64,000 nucleotides of DNA, taken from the NCBI GenBank assembly GCA_030324005.1, contig JARDVH010000140.1, forward strand, positions 30,016,982-30,080,981, read 5' to 3'. The stretch comes from Negaprion brevirostris. Taxonomy: Eukaryota. The first letter of the stretch is position 1. Every line of letters starts with the position of its first letter. The notes under the pieces were generated by a model. That model saw nothing but the letters and a program-made list of their open reading frames with translations, did not search any database and had not been told where the DNA came from. Both the position numbers and the translations under genes were made by a program. Of the stretch, positions 1-13,639 are shown piece by piece.

Positions 1-2075
1 TTGCATTTCCTTCCCGAATTGAGCACTAATTGTCTTTTGAAAGAGGGGCTTCCCTGTGAGGCCACTTTGCAAACCTGAGAGGGTTTGCTGTGTGCTCTTC
101 AAGCAGCACAGGAGACTGCACTGGGCAAATTGCTGAGCCACCACTAAATCTCATCGGGCTTGGGGATAATAGCTCTTAAGTGGCTCAATATCTTGCCTGA
201 TGAGCCTGTGGGCAGGTTCCCCCATCTTGACCTAGACCTGTCGGCGACTAAATGGTGTCAGTTTTCCTCGCATCTCCACATCAGTTTTCCTGCCAGTGAG
301 AATGGGCTTTACGGCCTTCCCCACAATGACGCATGCCTGCCAAACACCTCACCTGCTCTGACAGGCTCCGTTAAATTCCAGCCTGTATGTGTGGGAAGCA
401 TGCAGAGGGATCTTTTATTCCTCTATAAATGCAATCTACCTTTTCATTAAGGGGTCTATGTTGTTAATTAGCCTGGTTTGTCCTAAATTGCGGTGTTCAT
501 AACTAGACTTGAAATAGCCAGTTGCCTGTGTGGAGTAACAACTTTAATTTCCCAGCCATCCTTAATGAAATACCTTGAATCTGTGTTTAAATTTTCAGTC
601 ATGTGCAAGGTAATTAAAGTGTGAGGAGTACAATTGTTTCTGGCAACTCCTCAACATCAAGATAAAAAGAAACTTTGCTATTTCTTCATCCGAGCAAAAA
701 TTACTTGTCAGTTAGATCTTCACCACAATAAGCCACTGGCCTACATACTTCAGCAAATTATATAAAATATGTGGAGGCACTTGTACTTTGATTTCAAAAA
801 AAACATTTCAGAGATTGTAGGTTAATGGCTTCTGCTGAGCAATCAGGAAGAATGGTTTTCAGAACCCTCATCGAAATTGATCAATTTTCCTTCTCAGTTG
901 ACAAAGTAATGCGCCACCCATGGCATGATAATTGAAGCTTTCCGAGGTATCACGTTGGCAAATGTGTGAGGACCTTTCTCCCCCCAGCATCTCAGTTTCT
1001 TCCTGCTTCACAGATGCATATTACATCTGTTTTCCCAGTTTGACTTAAAATGGATCAGTGTTGGTTCAGTGTGCTTTGAGCTTTTTCACTAAGATCTGTT
1101 GCCTATGATGGCTTGCTGGCACTATGTTAATCCTATATCTGACCACAAAGCTAATTAAAGTGAACCGATACTTACTGATAGTCCCCATGAATCTCTCCAG
1201 TCTGGAAAATTGCTATGGACATTTTCTGTTGATTGCCTCACTTGAACCTCAGGGTAGTTTTTGATACTTCTGCAGTCGGTTGTCTCCACGACACATAAAA
1301 CATCACGTTTCCCATCTGATAAATGTTTAGAAAAACTTGCAATCTTATCTGACAAAAATCAGCAACAAAGTGAGCTTTTGGATTACAAATGATATTGATC
1401 CCCAAAAGCATATTAAAACTAAATTAAGCAATTGCACTCAAATCCTTGGACTTAATCCCACTGTCTCACCCAAAAGCATCCTCGGCAGTGACCTCTAGTG
1501 GCTGCTTAAATTTGCAGGATCAGCTCTTCAGGAGTCCAGGTGGCTTCCATTGGACCGCTTATGGCCATCGAGGCTTCTCAGTTTCAATCCACTCACCATT
1601 CTGGACTCCAGGGTTGTGCTAGGTCTTGACTGAGCCAGGCTGATGAGAGCTTGGGCCTGTCGGGATTTTCCGGCTCTGGCTATACCACCTGGACACCAAG
1701 TGATGGCCCTACCCTTACAAAGCATGTCAGAAACTCCAAGAATTGGGAAAGATTTATGCAACTGTGTCTCTCACCAACATCAGCAAGGTTCTGCAGCTGT
1801 CCTGCTGAATGTAGAGCTGAAGAACAGCAGAATCCTGGTGAATTTTTGTGTTGGGCTTTAGCCTGTAACTTCTACCAGAGTCACTTTATTAACTTTGAAC
1901 TATTGGGTGTAGTAAATGCCACTAAGAATACCTAGAATGCTTTCAAACTAATAAATGTATATGGATCCTAGAGTGCTCCACTAAGCACACTCTCTCTCAT
2001 TTTAGTCCAAAGATACCAGAGTATCTTTGGTAGACAGAACAAAGTGGCTCAAGATTCCTTGGTCAAGTTGCTACA

Positions 2076-2340
2076 ACCATAGAAAAGGTGCAGCACAGAA
2101 GAAGGCCATTTGACCCGTCTTGTCCATGCCAATCCAAGGATACCCAGGTGCTCTTTCTAATGCCACCTTCCTGCACCCAACCCATGTCTCTGTAGATTAC
2201 AGCACTTAAGATGCAGGCCTAGGTACTTTTTAAAAGAGTTTAGGGTCTCTGCCTCCACCATCAACTTGGGCAGTGAATTCCAGACACCCACCAACACCCT
2301 TTGCATAAAAAAGTTCTTCCTCATGTCCCCATCTACTCTT
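2076..2340 (-). mobile_element. CR1-type LINE 3' end fragment
   Basis: Reverse-oriented CR1 tail (catagaa...cagcacagaagaaggccatt) followed by gcctccaccatc...ttccagacaccc...aaaaagttcttcctcatgtcccc. Confidence 0.7.
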
Positions 2341-3812
2341 TCTATGTTATGGAAGATATACTGAATATGCTGACTGCTCCAATCTCCTGGAGTAGTAGGA
2401 TTTCAGGTTAGGTGCTAGTCATGAAGTCTTTCCACATAAAACCATGTCCATCATTAATGACTACCAGATTGCTCCAGGTCTTGTCTGGAAGTGACCTGCG
2501 TACTGTCTACTTATTCAACATGGAAAACATTTCCCTTTGAGCAGTCCAACTCACTGCTAGGTAGTGATAAAATTAAAAGTTTATCTGTTGGTGGAGGCAG
2601 TGAAAGAGTGTGGGTGCAAGTAGCCAAGGAGGAAGTCATTTTCCAGCAGATCCATGTACCACAGTGTTCATACAGGAGCTTCCCTTCCATCTGAGCCTGA
2701 AAGGAGGCCACGAGGGTTCACCAGGCAGTGGGAGGCCCACCTGCTGCTGGTATAACATCAGTACTAGTGAGAAGAGACCAATCATTGTCCACTCAAGTAA
2801 CTCAATTGACCTTTAGGCAGGAGGCTGGTAAAATGGTATTGTGATGGAAAGACAACTGTCATGCCACACCCACCATGCCTTCCCTTACAATTTTCCAGGC
2901 TCTCTGCATATCTCCCAGCTCCATTTATATATGGTGTATTCTTTGTGCTATCTACCTCATTCTTTCATCAGAGTCACACATCAAAAATGCTAGTTTATAA
3001 AATTCTGTCCATCACTGACAAGGGTCTGCTGCCTTTATGTTTAACTTTATATTAAGTCTATCATTTAACTGTAACATGACAACATAATATCATGTTGAAC
3101 TAGCTGAAGAAAAGTTATTTGCAGACCCACAGTTAGATTAGCTCATTGACGTAGGCAGTGTTTACTCCGTAACTCAACAACTTTCAGTGTTTATTGTATT
3201 CGGTACTGACAGATCTGTAGTAAAGTGTACAGTGAGTTGCAGATTTTTGAATGCTAGCAGTGATAAGTCTTGGCTTCTACCTGTCCTCGTCCCAAGGGTT
3301 GGCTACAACATGAACAATCACCACTGCCCTCACTGTCTGACCCAACAATAATAGAAATTGTATTATCAACAATATTAATTTTTCATCATTGGTTGATAGA
3401 CGCTGGGAATTAAGTTTGTCAGAACTGACATCAGAGGCCCAGGGTCTGATTAGTATCTTATAAGTGGACCCAGGATCTGGAATGAGGATGAATCCCAGGA
3501 ATGCTAAAGAAAAAGGTTCTGGGAGCATTAAGTCAAGTCCTGGGATCAAGGATTATCAGGAGAGTGTCCCTTGATCTGAGAGCACTAGGAAATCTGGTAT
3601 AGAGATTTCAGATTCCTTTACATCTGGTATACAGATTATATTAGGTACAAAGGAATCATTGTTTATGTGAGCGGGCAGTGTGGGGCTTCATTTGGAATGA
3701 AGATGGAATTTTTGAACATTGGGAGGGAGAGAGCTTATTCAAGGTCTCTGGGATCTGGCAGGACTGGGAAACAGGCGAATGAGACCTTAACAACACCTGG
3801 TTCTGTTAGAAC

Positions 3813-4060
3813 TGTGATAACCACCAGGGGGAATCACTGATTGGTCTCCCTGTGGGGTTATTGAGTCCGAGTTCCCCTGGTAACAGGCAGTGGCCTGGCC
3901 AGCTGGAACTCATTACCTGAATCATTTTCAGGCAGGCCCAGAAGTGGGCCTACTGAACTGTTGTCCCAGGCAGAGACTAATGTGTGTACACCATAGTAGT
4001 GGTTTTTCTTTGCATTCTGTAATAATGTTACTTTCCAGTCGGCCTTCCTGAGTCATTACA
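3813..4060 (+). mobile_element. Gypsy solo LTR (248 bp)
   Basis: TGTGATAA...CATTACA termini; flanks agaac/ggaac (4/5 TSD); homologous to the LTR at 37633-37844, which precedes a Gypsy gag. Confidence 0.85.
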
Positions 4061-4879
4061 GGAACCATCAGGTTGCAACCACTTGCTTCATCAGCCTCCT
4101 GTTCCAACACCTTCCCTCCTTCCCTCTTCCCACTACTCCATACTCCTCGTCACTGCTTCTTCACACCCTCCTGCCGAGTGCAGATCCCCTTGATGCAGCT
4201 GGTAGGTCAACCGGCCTCTGTGACTTGCATTAAATGGTTGTATGGGGGGGGCCACAGGGGCCTGATATGGCCACATGCAACCTTCTGGAAGGGCTATTGC
4301 TTCACTGTGGTCCTTCACAGTACTGCGCCTCTTTTAATTTCAGCTGGAGAAAAAGCCTGCATTAAACGTCTCCATCTTGTAGTAGCCCCAAGCTCTCCCT
4401 CTTCTCCAATAGCACCCATGTCTCCTCGTGAGGTTGTTGCCTAGATATCAGTACAGGCTGTCTTTTTGAGCCTTCCATCTTCCTGTTCTGCCCACTGCCT
4501 TAATTTGTTGGGGCTCCCAGCGATATCTTCTTAATTGGCTGCTTCTGGGAAGATTGCACCCAATGTCCTGCCGCAACCAAACCAAGTTCCTGACCTGGAA
4601 TAGCATCCCATGTCAAGATGATGAAAAACCTGTCACAGTTCAGTCCGCAGTTGCCTAATGCGCACTCCCAGACTGTGCCAAGAATGCACACACAGAAATG
4701 CTATTTAATCATTCTAATAATGTGTTTATCAACATAAATATCTTTAAATAGCATAAATTTTCATAAAGGAAAGCCATCTTATAAAAGATATATTATTTAT
4801 TTGGTATATTATTTATGCAGTTTCCAAGCTTTTGTATATAAATATCTCTTAAGGCAAAAAAAATAGTTTGGAAGACATT

Positions 4880-5213
4880 TTTTAACAAAATATGCTGCAT
4901 GAAAAACCTTTGCGTGCCTCTAATGCGTCTTTTGATGATGACCTTAATTCTGCACCCTGTGTTCTTGATCCTTTCATTATGGGAACAGTTTCTTCCTATC
5001 TCTCTCCACATGATTTTGACTTCCCCTATCAAACTCCTTCTCAACCTTCTCTTCTCCAATGACAACAGCCTAAACTTCTCCAATCTTTATGTGTAACTGC
5101 AGTTCCTCATCCCTGGAACCATTCTTGTGAATCTTTCTTGAATTCTCGCTGGTACCTTCATAACCTTCCTAAAGTGAGGTGCCCAGAGTTGGATGCAGTA
5201 CCTAGTTCAGGCC
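4880..5213 (-). mobile_element. CR1 LINE ORF2 C-terminal fragment
   Basis: Minus-strand translation EKFRLLSLEKRRLRRSLIGEVKIM resembles the CR1 motif LFSLEKRRLRGDLIEVFKIM. Confidence 0.85.
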
Positions 5214-5376
5214 ANNNNNNNNNNNNNNNNNNNNNNNNNNNNNNNNNNNNNNNNNNNNNNNNNNNNNNNNNNNNNNNNNNNNNNNNNNNNNNNNNNNNNN
5301 NNNNNNNNNNNNNNNNNNNNNNCAGGCCAGATCTCTGTTTTATATGAGTTTGAATTCCTCACCTTTGTACCCTATG

Positions 5377-5503
5377 GGGCGAATTTTCCTGTTCCTCCTC
5401 CTGCAGGAAACGGAGTGGGCGAGAGGCAGACTATGGAAAGCTCAGTTGACCTCAAGTGGGATTTTATAGTTTTGGGGTCAATGTGGCTGAAAAATCCTGC
5501 CCA
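5377..5503. mobile_element. Short TIR (MITE-like) element, family A
   Basis: gggcgaattttcc...gaaaaatcctgccc inverted ends; internal gttgacctcaagtgggatttt core shared with the copies at 22206, 26991 and 50762. Confidence 0.65.
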
Positions 5504-6495
5504 ATCGAAGTCCTCCAGAGGGTTGGGTGCTGGGGAGGGGGGTTACTAATGTGCCAGCCAGGGTCCCCTGGCACTGCCCAAGGGGCAAAGTGCCAATGCA
5601 TGAGCGCACATTGGCATTGCCCACTATGCATGGAGCAATGCCAAGGTGGCGGGGTTGAATGTGGGGCAGGGCCTCTATAGGTGGTGATCGGTGGGATGGG
5701 GGCCTTACAGCAGTCTGCAGTTGGGATTGGTGGGAGAGGATGGGAGGCCAGCGATCGGTGCTGGCCATCCGGGTGGGAGGCAGTTTGTTGGTGGGGGGGG
5801 GATGGGTGTCGGGACTGTGGTGGGGGTGGTGGGTCGGGCTCGGCATCGTGGAGAAGGGGTTGGCAGTGTGGGGGAGGTGGTTCAGGGCTGTTATGGGGGG
5901 AGGGATTGAGGGCGGAAGGTTTGTTGCTGAGGCTGGGTTCAGACATGCCCGGAAACCAGCGATCAGGTCATTGGGTGGGGGTGGGCAGGATGGTATTGCA
6001 CAACCTGCAATGTGGGGTCGTGGAGCTGGCCAGTGGGAGGCAGGCAGTGCGGGGCCACTGCACATGGGTCGATCTCGGCACTGACAGATCATGCAGTGGC
6101 CCTCCTATGCGCCATGTGCCGCACCCCTGATTTTCAACGGGATTCACGCTCGGGCTCTCAACAGTGCACAGAGTCTGAAAGATTCATTTTTAAATTCCCG
6201 CACATAAAACCAGCATGATTTACTCCAGTCTATGCGCAAATTCGACTGACACTGACAGATCGGCGCATGTGCAGTGGCCTGCTCAGCATGCTAATGACAA
6301 CCTCTTGGGCATGATTAAGCTCCACCACCCCCCCCTTTACCAGTGTAAATCCCCCGGTGGACTCTGTGAAGCACGGAATGCTGCAAGTTCAAATTCTTGT
6401 AGAAGAAGGTAGGTGCGCCCAAATGACAAATGGGAAAATCTCACTTTTTCCCACCTGTTTGGGCACTTAGTTATTTCCTGAGAAAATCGCTCCCA
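5504..6495. mobile_element. GC-rich non-autonomous DNA-transposon-like element
   Basis: G-rich body with ggcactgcccaaggggcaaagtgcc and gcatgatttactccagt motifs shared with 48646-49785 and 57511-58590; ends in gagaaaatcgctccc. Confidence 0.6.
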
Positions 6496-6499
6496 ATAT

Positions 6500-9400
6500 C
6501 TCTGCAGAGTCCAAATGACATCTGTTCACAGATTTGGATGGCTATGGTGAAACCTACTACTGTGAAACTATCAGCATACAACATTTGACGAATTCCATGT
6601 GCATGATTCATAGTCGTGGTGTGCAAGTACAGTTAGTCCTCCTGGATGACCCAGATGTTCTACATCGTGGAGACTAAAGGCCCACCAGTTGACCAACAGG
6701 TTGACTAGTACGCCAGGATCTCACACTAGTACCAATCCATGGAATCAGTCAGAGCTCAGAAGGCAGATCAACCTTAGAAACTACTCCTACGACCTCAGTT
6801 CACAACCTAACATTGAAATAACCAGAATATTTTGACCAAATTGGCAATTTCAAGGGAGCTGCAACATGACATTTCACGTGAATGTAATTCCGTCCGTTGA
6901 ACCAGCACGTAAACGCAGCATCCACTTAAACAGTCAAATTGACGAGTGAACTAGGCAACATGGAGATAAACAGCACCATTATTGAGTACAAGAGTGTACA
7001 GGTTAGTGCAACCCAATTATATGTGTCATAAAAAATGATGGAACATTGCAACATGCCTCAATCCACAAATGTAGCTTTGAAACATTATTATTACAAAATA
7101 CCCACATTGGAAGAGTTAAATCCAAGATTTCCAGGAGCAAAATTCTTCTGAAAGCTTGCTGCAAAGCATGATTACTGATTGCAAAGCGGCCCTCAGAGCT
7201 TATTACATTCGTACCTCATTCAGACCGTATTATTTTTCAGCAGCTTCCTTTTGGGCTATTTGTTAGCCAGGATGTCTTTCAAGTTCACATTAGATCATAT
7301 TACATGCACTGCACCAGGGTGCATCTGTTTCACCAATTATGCAGTCATTGCTGGAAGAACAAAAACAAGAACATGATTATAATCTGCACTTACCGATGCA
7401 AGCAGCATGTAAGGAGCACTTGGTGCTCAGGTGCCTGAAATGCGTCATCAACATGCAGCAGATAAATTTCTTCAGTCTGTTCTTATACTGCTAATATATA
7501 TCCTGATCCAAGTAAATTAAAGGATATTAAGGCCAGACAATCTCCTCAAGATAAGGACGATTTGTGAAGATTGTTTGTTTAATTTCTTATCTTCACACAT
7601 TCCCATTTTTGCTCTAAGACGCTAATGGAATTGTTGAGAAAAGATGTGCATTTCCTGTGACATGAAGACCATCAGTGCTTCATTGAAGCACTGAAGAGGT
7701 AATTATCAAAAGCATCAACATTACAATTTTACAATCCTAAGGAGACAGCTACCCTGCAGAAAGATGTCTTATGGAAAGCTTTTGAGCATGCATGCTACCA
7801 AAATGCAAAGGCTTTAAAATATCCATTGATAATATAATCCAACTACTCCAACATCAATCAAGAAACATTAGCTTTTGTGCTTGGAATCATGTGTTTTCAT
7901 ACCAATCTATTCAGAATCATAGAATCCCTACAGTGCAGAGGAGGCCATTTGGGCCGTCAAGTCTGCACCGGCTCTCTGACGAGCATCTGACCCAGATCCT
8001 CTCCCCCACCCTATCTGCATAACCCGACACTTTTACCATAGCAGATTTATCTAACCTGCACATCTTGGGACACTAAGGGGCAATTTAGCATGGCTAATCC
8101 ACCTAACCTGCACATCTTTGGACTGTGGGAGGAAANNNNNNCACATAGAGGGAAAATGTGCAACTCCAGATGGACATTCACCCAAGGCCGGAATTGAACC
8201 TGGATCACTGGTGCTGTGAGGCAACAGTGCTAACCACTGTGCTATTGTGCCCCCACAAATGATTTGTGGTAAGACTGACCACAAGCCAATTGAGATGATT
8301 TGGCAAAAGAACATCTTTTGACTGTAATGTCTTGATAAAGCTTCAATGTAATGGCTGTGAGATTAGGTACAAGACAGATAACCTGATGCTCATTCCAGAT
8401 AAACCCAGCAGATCGCTGAAAACAAAAGATATATCCTTAGATCTACAAGACGAGTGAATTAACATTAAATTGAAAGATGTGTTCCAAATTGACCTGGTAC
8501 ACTTTGTGCAATGCAGCTACAGGAAGAAATATCAAACAATTTGACATTAAAGAAACTGTGAAAAACCATTGCTGTAGAAAGGCCTGATTTAATTCAGTGT
8601 GTCCATTTTGAGATGAGACCATTTTGACGTCACCAGGATGAGTTTGGCATCTTATAGGGAATCTTTTTTGAACGCAGGCTGGCTATCATATTAGAATTTT
8701 TGCGGCCTGATATTCTTCCAACAACGTCACAAGTTGAGCATATATCGGACAAGTAGATCCATGACAGAGATAATCCGTTAGCCAGATATGAACAATGTCA
8801 TTGAAGTTGTTAACAAGAAGACATGCAAAGCATATCAAGAGCATTTGCTTGGTCAACACTAACAATCATTGATTCCAAATGAAGACCCTATTATCAATGG
8901 TCCAAAATCTCATCCATTCTCTTTCATTTCCATGGCGCTGTCTTCATCGTCATCAACAACCACTTTACCGAGTCTCCATTATTTGACAGTTGCATAATAC
9001 ATCAAGCATAGCTATTGAATGCACTCCAAGTACTATTTTCAGTTTATTTGATGTGCCTAGAGAGATCATGATAAATATGTAATGAAGGACGTAACCTGTT
9101 CAGAACCAAGGTACTATGAGGTTATTATACACAAATGTGCAAGTGAGGCATAACCAGGGACAAATCAGATCCACTCCAGCTCCTCAACTAGTCTATAGTC
9201 CTATTGCATCTCGGACAAGATCCAAATGCAAACAGGAAGAATACTCAAGAATGACAATCCCACAGATAACTTTGAGCAATTAAAGAAACCTCAAGACGAG
9301 ATTGCCATCAAAAGATCTGGGTGTAACAGTAGATTCTGCTTTAGAGATTCATAGATTGATCAGTTCTGTACATTTATGTAAAGGTAATTAAACACAAACA

Positions 9401-9692
9401 TGTACTGTAAGTAGTCATGTGTCTCTGAAAATGGGAAAAGCATTTGTAAGATGAAAAGAGGAAGCTTTAATGTCTTTATGGGGTAGCAGTATGACATAAT
9501 CAGAAGGGAAATGTGTCCTGTGGTGAAGTCTTAGCTCCACTTTTGCTTTGAGCAGAGCACATACACACATGTCTTCAAGCTTTATACTTAAATATAACTC
9601 TTCCCCTGGTCTTAATAAATGAAGCTAATGTGTTTACCCAATCCCGTATGAGTAGTTGGGGCTTTGTGTCTTGCTTAGTAAAAAAGACAACA
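6500..9692 (+). mobile_element. Decayed, 5'-truncated Gypsy/Ty3 retrotransposon (RT-RNaseH-integrase remnants plus probable 3' LTR ~9445-9692)
   Basis: Frameshifted peptides KYPEYFDQIGNFKG (~6817), YKIPTLEELNPRFPGAKFF*KL (~7090), QQLPFGL/SQDVFQ (~7240), FYNPKETATLQKD (~7727), TDHKPIEMIWQK (~8273) and LFDVPREIM (~9044). A purine tract precedes TGT(9445)...AATAAA...ACA(9692). Many stops; interrupted by an HE1 SINE. Confidence 0.85.
7913..8254 (-). mobile_element. HE1-type tRNA-derived SINE inserted in Gypsy pol
   Basis: Reverse complement has gcacagtggttagcactg (A box), ggttcaattcc (B box), the cagtccaaagatgtgcaggttagg core and a gattctatgattct tail. Confidence 0.9.
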
Positions 9693-10553
9693 TACTATAT
9701 CATTATAATAACATGACACGTTTGATGTTCTGAAACAGCATTTGCTTCATTTGTGCAGATTGAGGCAGTAAGTGGACTATGTGGTCGATATGGCATGTAA
9801 AATGTCATTCCCTAGTCTGTAGCACTGTTAAATCATACCAGATGACAATGTGCATTTTTGTTTGCATATGTTTTAAAGTAATCATCCACTGCTGTCATTA
9901 CTAATACAGAAATTCCCAAGGATGGGTAATCACAGAGTCTTTGGAGAGTTAATACTAGCTACCCTCTCCATTTCTGAAATTAGTTTGATTGAAATTTTAT
10001 TTAAAAGTCCCAGTCCTTGTGATGGGAGAGCTTTGTTCAACTTGACAATGCCAAGATCCTGTACATAGACCAGCTATGTTGACTGGAAGCTAAACAACTC
10101 CCCACAGGGAAGTGAAAACAAGGAGACCTATTCCCCGGCTGTTGATACAATTTGCTGGAGGACAACATAGCATTGCAAAAGTGATAGTGTGATCCTGGAG
10201 TACAGCAGTGAGAGCACCCTGTGGAGAGACTGTATCACAAGATTTGAGCTTGACATGTGTTGGATTTCCTGAGCTCCGTGAAAGCAAATCTTTACCAACA
10301 TCTTGAGACAGTGGATGTTCTTGCTTTCACTCCTGAAACATTAAGGTCTTGAAAATTCCCTGCAGCTAGACTGCACTATTGAACTAGGATTAGTGGTTGC
10401 TAATTCTTGGCAGTGTTGAACGTGCCAATACTTCTGAGGCCAACTCATGTAAATAACCATTGGCAGTTCTCTTGGACGAGGCAGGAATATTGTGCTTCAA
10501 TTATTTGTCAATCAAAATACGACCTTTAACATTCCACGCTTTCAGTAACATTC

Positions 10554-11172
10554 TGTTACAAGACTCTGCTCCATTATTTTTGAAAACATAATAGTTCTAT
10601 TTTCAACTGGCTGGAAATTTTGCAATTTACATTGAGACAGGGCAAACTGCTTAAAATTGCAAGGCCACGTTCCAATGTGAAGGTGAGAAACAAACAAATC
10701 ATCCTCAGGAGAATGTGAAGAGAAAGACATTTCCTCTAATAGACACCCATGAAAACTCATAACTCTTTGAAGAAGAGACATTAAAGAACCAAAGTTATGG
10801 ACACCAAAACAGTGACTACCACAGACAGACACTCAAATCTCTTGGAAATAACCAATATTTCAGAGCAAGGTTGCCCAGCCACTTGAGAGAGATTGTAAGC
10901 GACACAGCTAATGTCAAGAAAGCCTTTAGCAGAGGGAACAGCCTGAAGGCCGTACTCTTTTCCTCTCTCACTGTTGGGCTCAGTGTATCGCTTGGTTCAT
11001 GAAGCCAACTCTACAGAAAACTGTGAGCAAATAGAATCTGACTGCATCCAAGAAATCAGGTAACCTAAATCAGTTACAGCATTTGAAAGCAACACCTTAG
11101 GGATGATCAAAGGCTACTTACCAGTATATTCTTTTAGCTTTTTTTAATTGAACTCCTAACTCTGCTTATTTC

Positions 11173-11226
<54 letters not shown>

Positions 11227-11400
11227 CACTTCCTTTGACTCAAGGAAACCTCATTCAGTTGTCTCCTTAGTGCTCATAGAGTAACAAGTTTAATGCATTC
11301 TGATCTAAAGAGCATATCCTGGTGAAAAAGAAACTTAAAACTAACCAAGGCTAATGTGTCCTGAGAGGGGACCCAATTCACCCCTTACCTCATCATAATA
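10554..11400 (+). mobile_element. Probable long solo LTR (Gypsy-type)
   Basis: TGTTACA start and degenerate cataata (cgtaaca-like) end; flanks attc/atac; internal (TG)n and gactcaaggaaacctc segment typical of shark long LTRs (recalled). Confidence 0.5.
11174..11226. repeat. (TG)n microsatellite
   Basis: About 26 TG units with one TA interruption. Confidence 0.95.
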
Positions 11401-11904
11401 ATACTGTGAGCTGGAGACAGCACTATTCTTGAATCTGTATATTGTTTCTGGAGTGCAGCGTAATGTCTTGAAGGGAACATTATTCTCAAATGCCATTTTC
11501 TACAAACTCCACCTTCTCCTGTTCCTCCGCCATCATATGGTCCAACTAAAATATGCTCACTGGGAATCTCAGTAATGCTCCGGAGAAACTTTATCACAGA
11601 AGGGAAGTGGGTAAGTAATAATGATGATCTCATAGCCCTGTGAGCATCCAAAACCAAGTCCAATGTTATCTCATCAATCCTCGTAAACAACTACTTTGCA
11701 GCCACCTTTAAACCTTTTGTCAGATTCAAAGTTTATTTTTACACCAACCTCAGCTAACCTTGAGCTTCTTATATTTCACATTCTAAGTTTTAGTCCTAGA
11801 ACATTCTGACTTTGTCCTGCAACTTTGGACACCAGTATCCCTGACTTCCATTTAAATAAGCAGGAGTCAAATATGTCTTCTCTTGTGATTCTGTGTCTTG
11901 GAAC

Positions 11905-12097
11905 CACACCATGCTAACGTCATTCCTTCACTTCCATTGGATGAAAATCCTGGAACTCCCTCCCTAAAAACACTGTGGGTGTACCTAGACCAAATGGACT
12001 CCAGTGGTTCAAGAAGGTAGATCACCACCACCCTCTCAAGAGCAGTTAGGGAAAGTCTAGCCTGCAATGCCCAAATGCCATGAAGGAATGAAAAACG
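11905..12097 (+). mobile_element. CR1-like LINE 3' end (second family)
   Basis: aaaatcctggaactccctccct...actgtgggtgtaccta...ggttcaagaagg...caccaccctctcaag; same tail as 52995-53152. Confidence 0.75.
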
Positions 12098-12794
12098 TTT
12101 GGTCATTGAGTTTCAGGCAAGCTATACTTGAATCTTGATATTTTCAGCCTTACGTTTCGATCAGTCAGTGGAGGTATTGTCTTCATAAGTTGTTCTTAGT
12201 AGTGGACTTTGGCATTCTTATGCTTGGTTATGGGGATTGTAATTCACTGGTTGTTTTTACTAATGTGGTGCATATTTGGTGCCAGTTATGGCATTGTGGC
12301 TTCTCTTTACATCTTGAGTTAAATAATTCTAATCTAGGAACTGAAATCACAAAAATGTAGGAACAGCGGAATCTAAACAGGGCATTGGATTTTCATGGAT
12401 AAATCAAACTCTGACTCTTTCCACACGGGAATACAAAACAATTGTAAAAAAGGATGATAACTATCTAAGGGAGCAAAACAACTGACACGTGTAATGAAAG
12501 ACATAATTTCACTTTCTTGGGTTTTCTGCTCATTTGAAATGATGTCGTTCTCTCAGCTGTGTGGAATTCTGAACGCAACAACTGTTTCAACAAAACAGTA
12601 CAATTTTCTGGCAAGCATCATCACTCTGCAACCTCCAACATGCTCTTTTCTATGTTGATTTCTTAATGTTCGAATTTTTCCTCCTCGGTTGTAGATTATT
12701 CTTCAGGTAATGGAACTTTCATTGGCTGGAAAATTGACCACTCTCCCCCCAACTGGAACAATGAGAGCTTGCGTTCAGTTAGCGCATTTATTTT

Positions 12795-13365
12795 CTCAGA
12801 AGAAAGTACAACATCTCTACTTTCTCAGGAGACTAAGGAAATATATGCTATGTCTGCTACAACTCTCACTGACTTCCACAGATGCACCGTAGAAGCCATC
12901 CTTTCTGTTTGTACAGTTTGGTATGGCTGTTGCTCTGCCCAAGACTGCAAGAAATTACAAAAGGTTGTGGATGTAGCCCAGTTCACCATTCAAACCAGCT
13001 TCCCATCCATTGACACTGTCTACACTTTCCTCTGTCTTGGAAAAGCAGCCAGTGTACTGAAGAACCCCATGCACCCTGAACACACTCTCTTCCACCTTCT
13101 TCCATCAGGAAAAAGACACAGAAGTCTGAGATCACCTACCAACCAACTCAAAAACAGCTTCTTCCCTGTTGCCATTAGACTTTTAAATGGACCTACCTTG
13201 CATTAATTTGATCTTTCTCGACACCCTAGCTTTGACTGTAACACTACGTCTGCATTATCTCCTTTCCTTCCCTATGTATGGTATGCTTTGCCTGTATAGC
13301 GCACAAGAAACAATACTATTCACTGCATAATAATACATGTGACAATAAGAAAACCAAATCAAATC
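12795..13365 (+). mobile_element. Rex1/Babar-type LINE 3' end
   Basis: ORF ...FHRCTVEAILSVCTVWYGCCSAQDCKKLQKVV...LFHLLPSGKRHRSL...LKNSFFPVAIRLLN is a typical Rex/Babar ORF2 C-terminus; followed by an (AAATC)n tail. Confidence 0.9.
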
Positions 13366-13374
13366 ATTTAACAT

Positions 13375-13600
13375 CATAAAATCTCTCAAGATGTTTCACA
13401 GGCACAGTTATCAAACGAAATCGACACTGGGCCACATATCGAACTATTAGATCAGATGACTGAAATCTTGCTTGAAGAAATAAACTTTGATGGAGTGTCA
13501 AAATTGGAGATGGAGGAGGAAGGGTGATTTAGAGGAGTCATTTCAGAGTTTTAGGGCCTTGGCAGCTGAGGCACGGTCAGTGGTGGAGCAATTAAAATCA
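13375..13600 (-). mobile_element. Old L2 LINE 3' fragment
   Basis: gatgactgaaatcttgcttgaagaaata...ttagggccttggcagctgaggcacgg resembles a reversed L2 3' region. Confidence 0.6.
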
Positions 13601-13639
13601 ACGTTGTATAAAATTAAAAACAGCCAAAGTTAAGGAGAC

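Noticed and set aside
442-570. 11-bp inverted repeat tttcattaagg/ccttaatgaaa
   Set aside because: Short, AT-rich, no extended pairing; compatible with chance
1597-1816. Minus-strand AG/GTGAGT-bounded candidate exon
   Set aside because: Stops in all three frames and contains repeat-like sequence
5464-6130. Overlapping 140-204 aa Pro/Gly-rich ORFs
   Set aside because: By-product of a G/C-skewed repeat interior lacking stop codons; open in several frames with no domain
11385-11690. 101-aa minus-strand ORF
   Set aside because: No recognisable domain or splice context; runs into an LTR end
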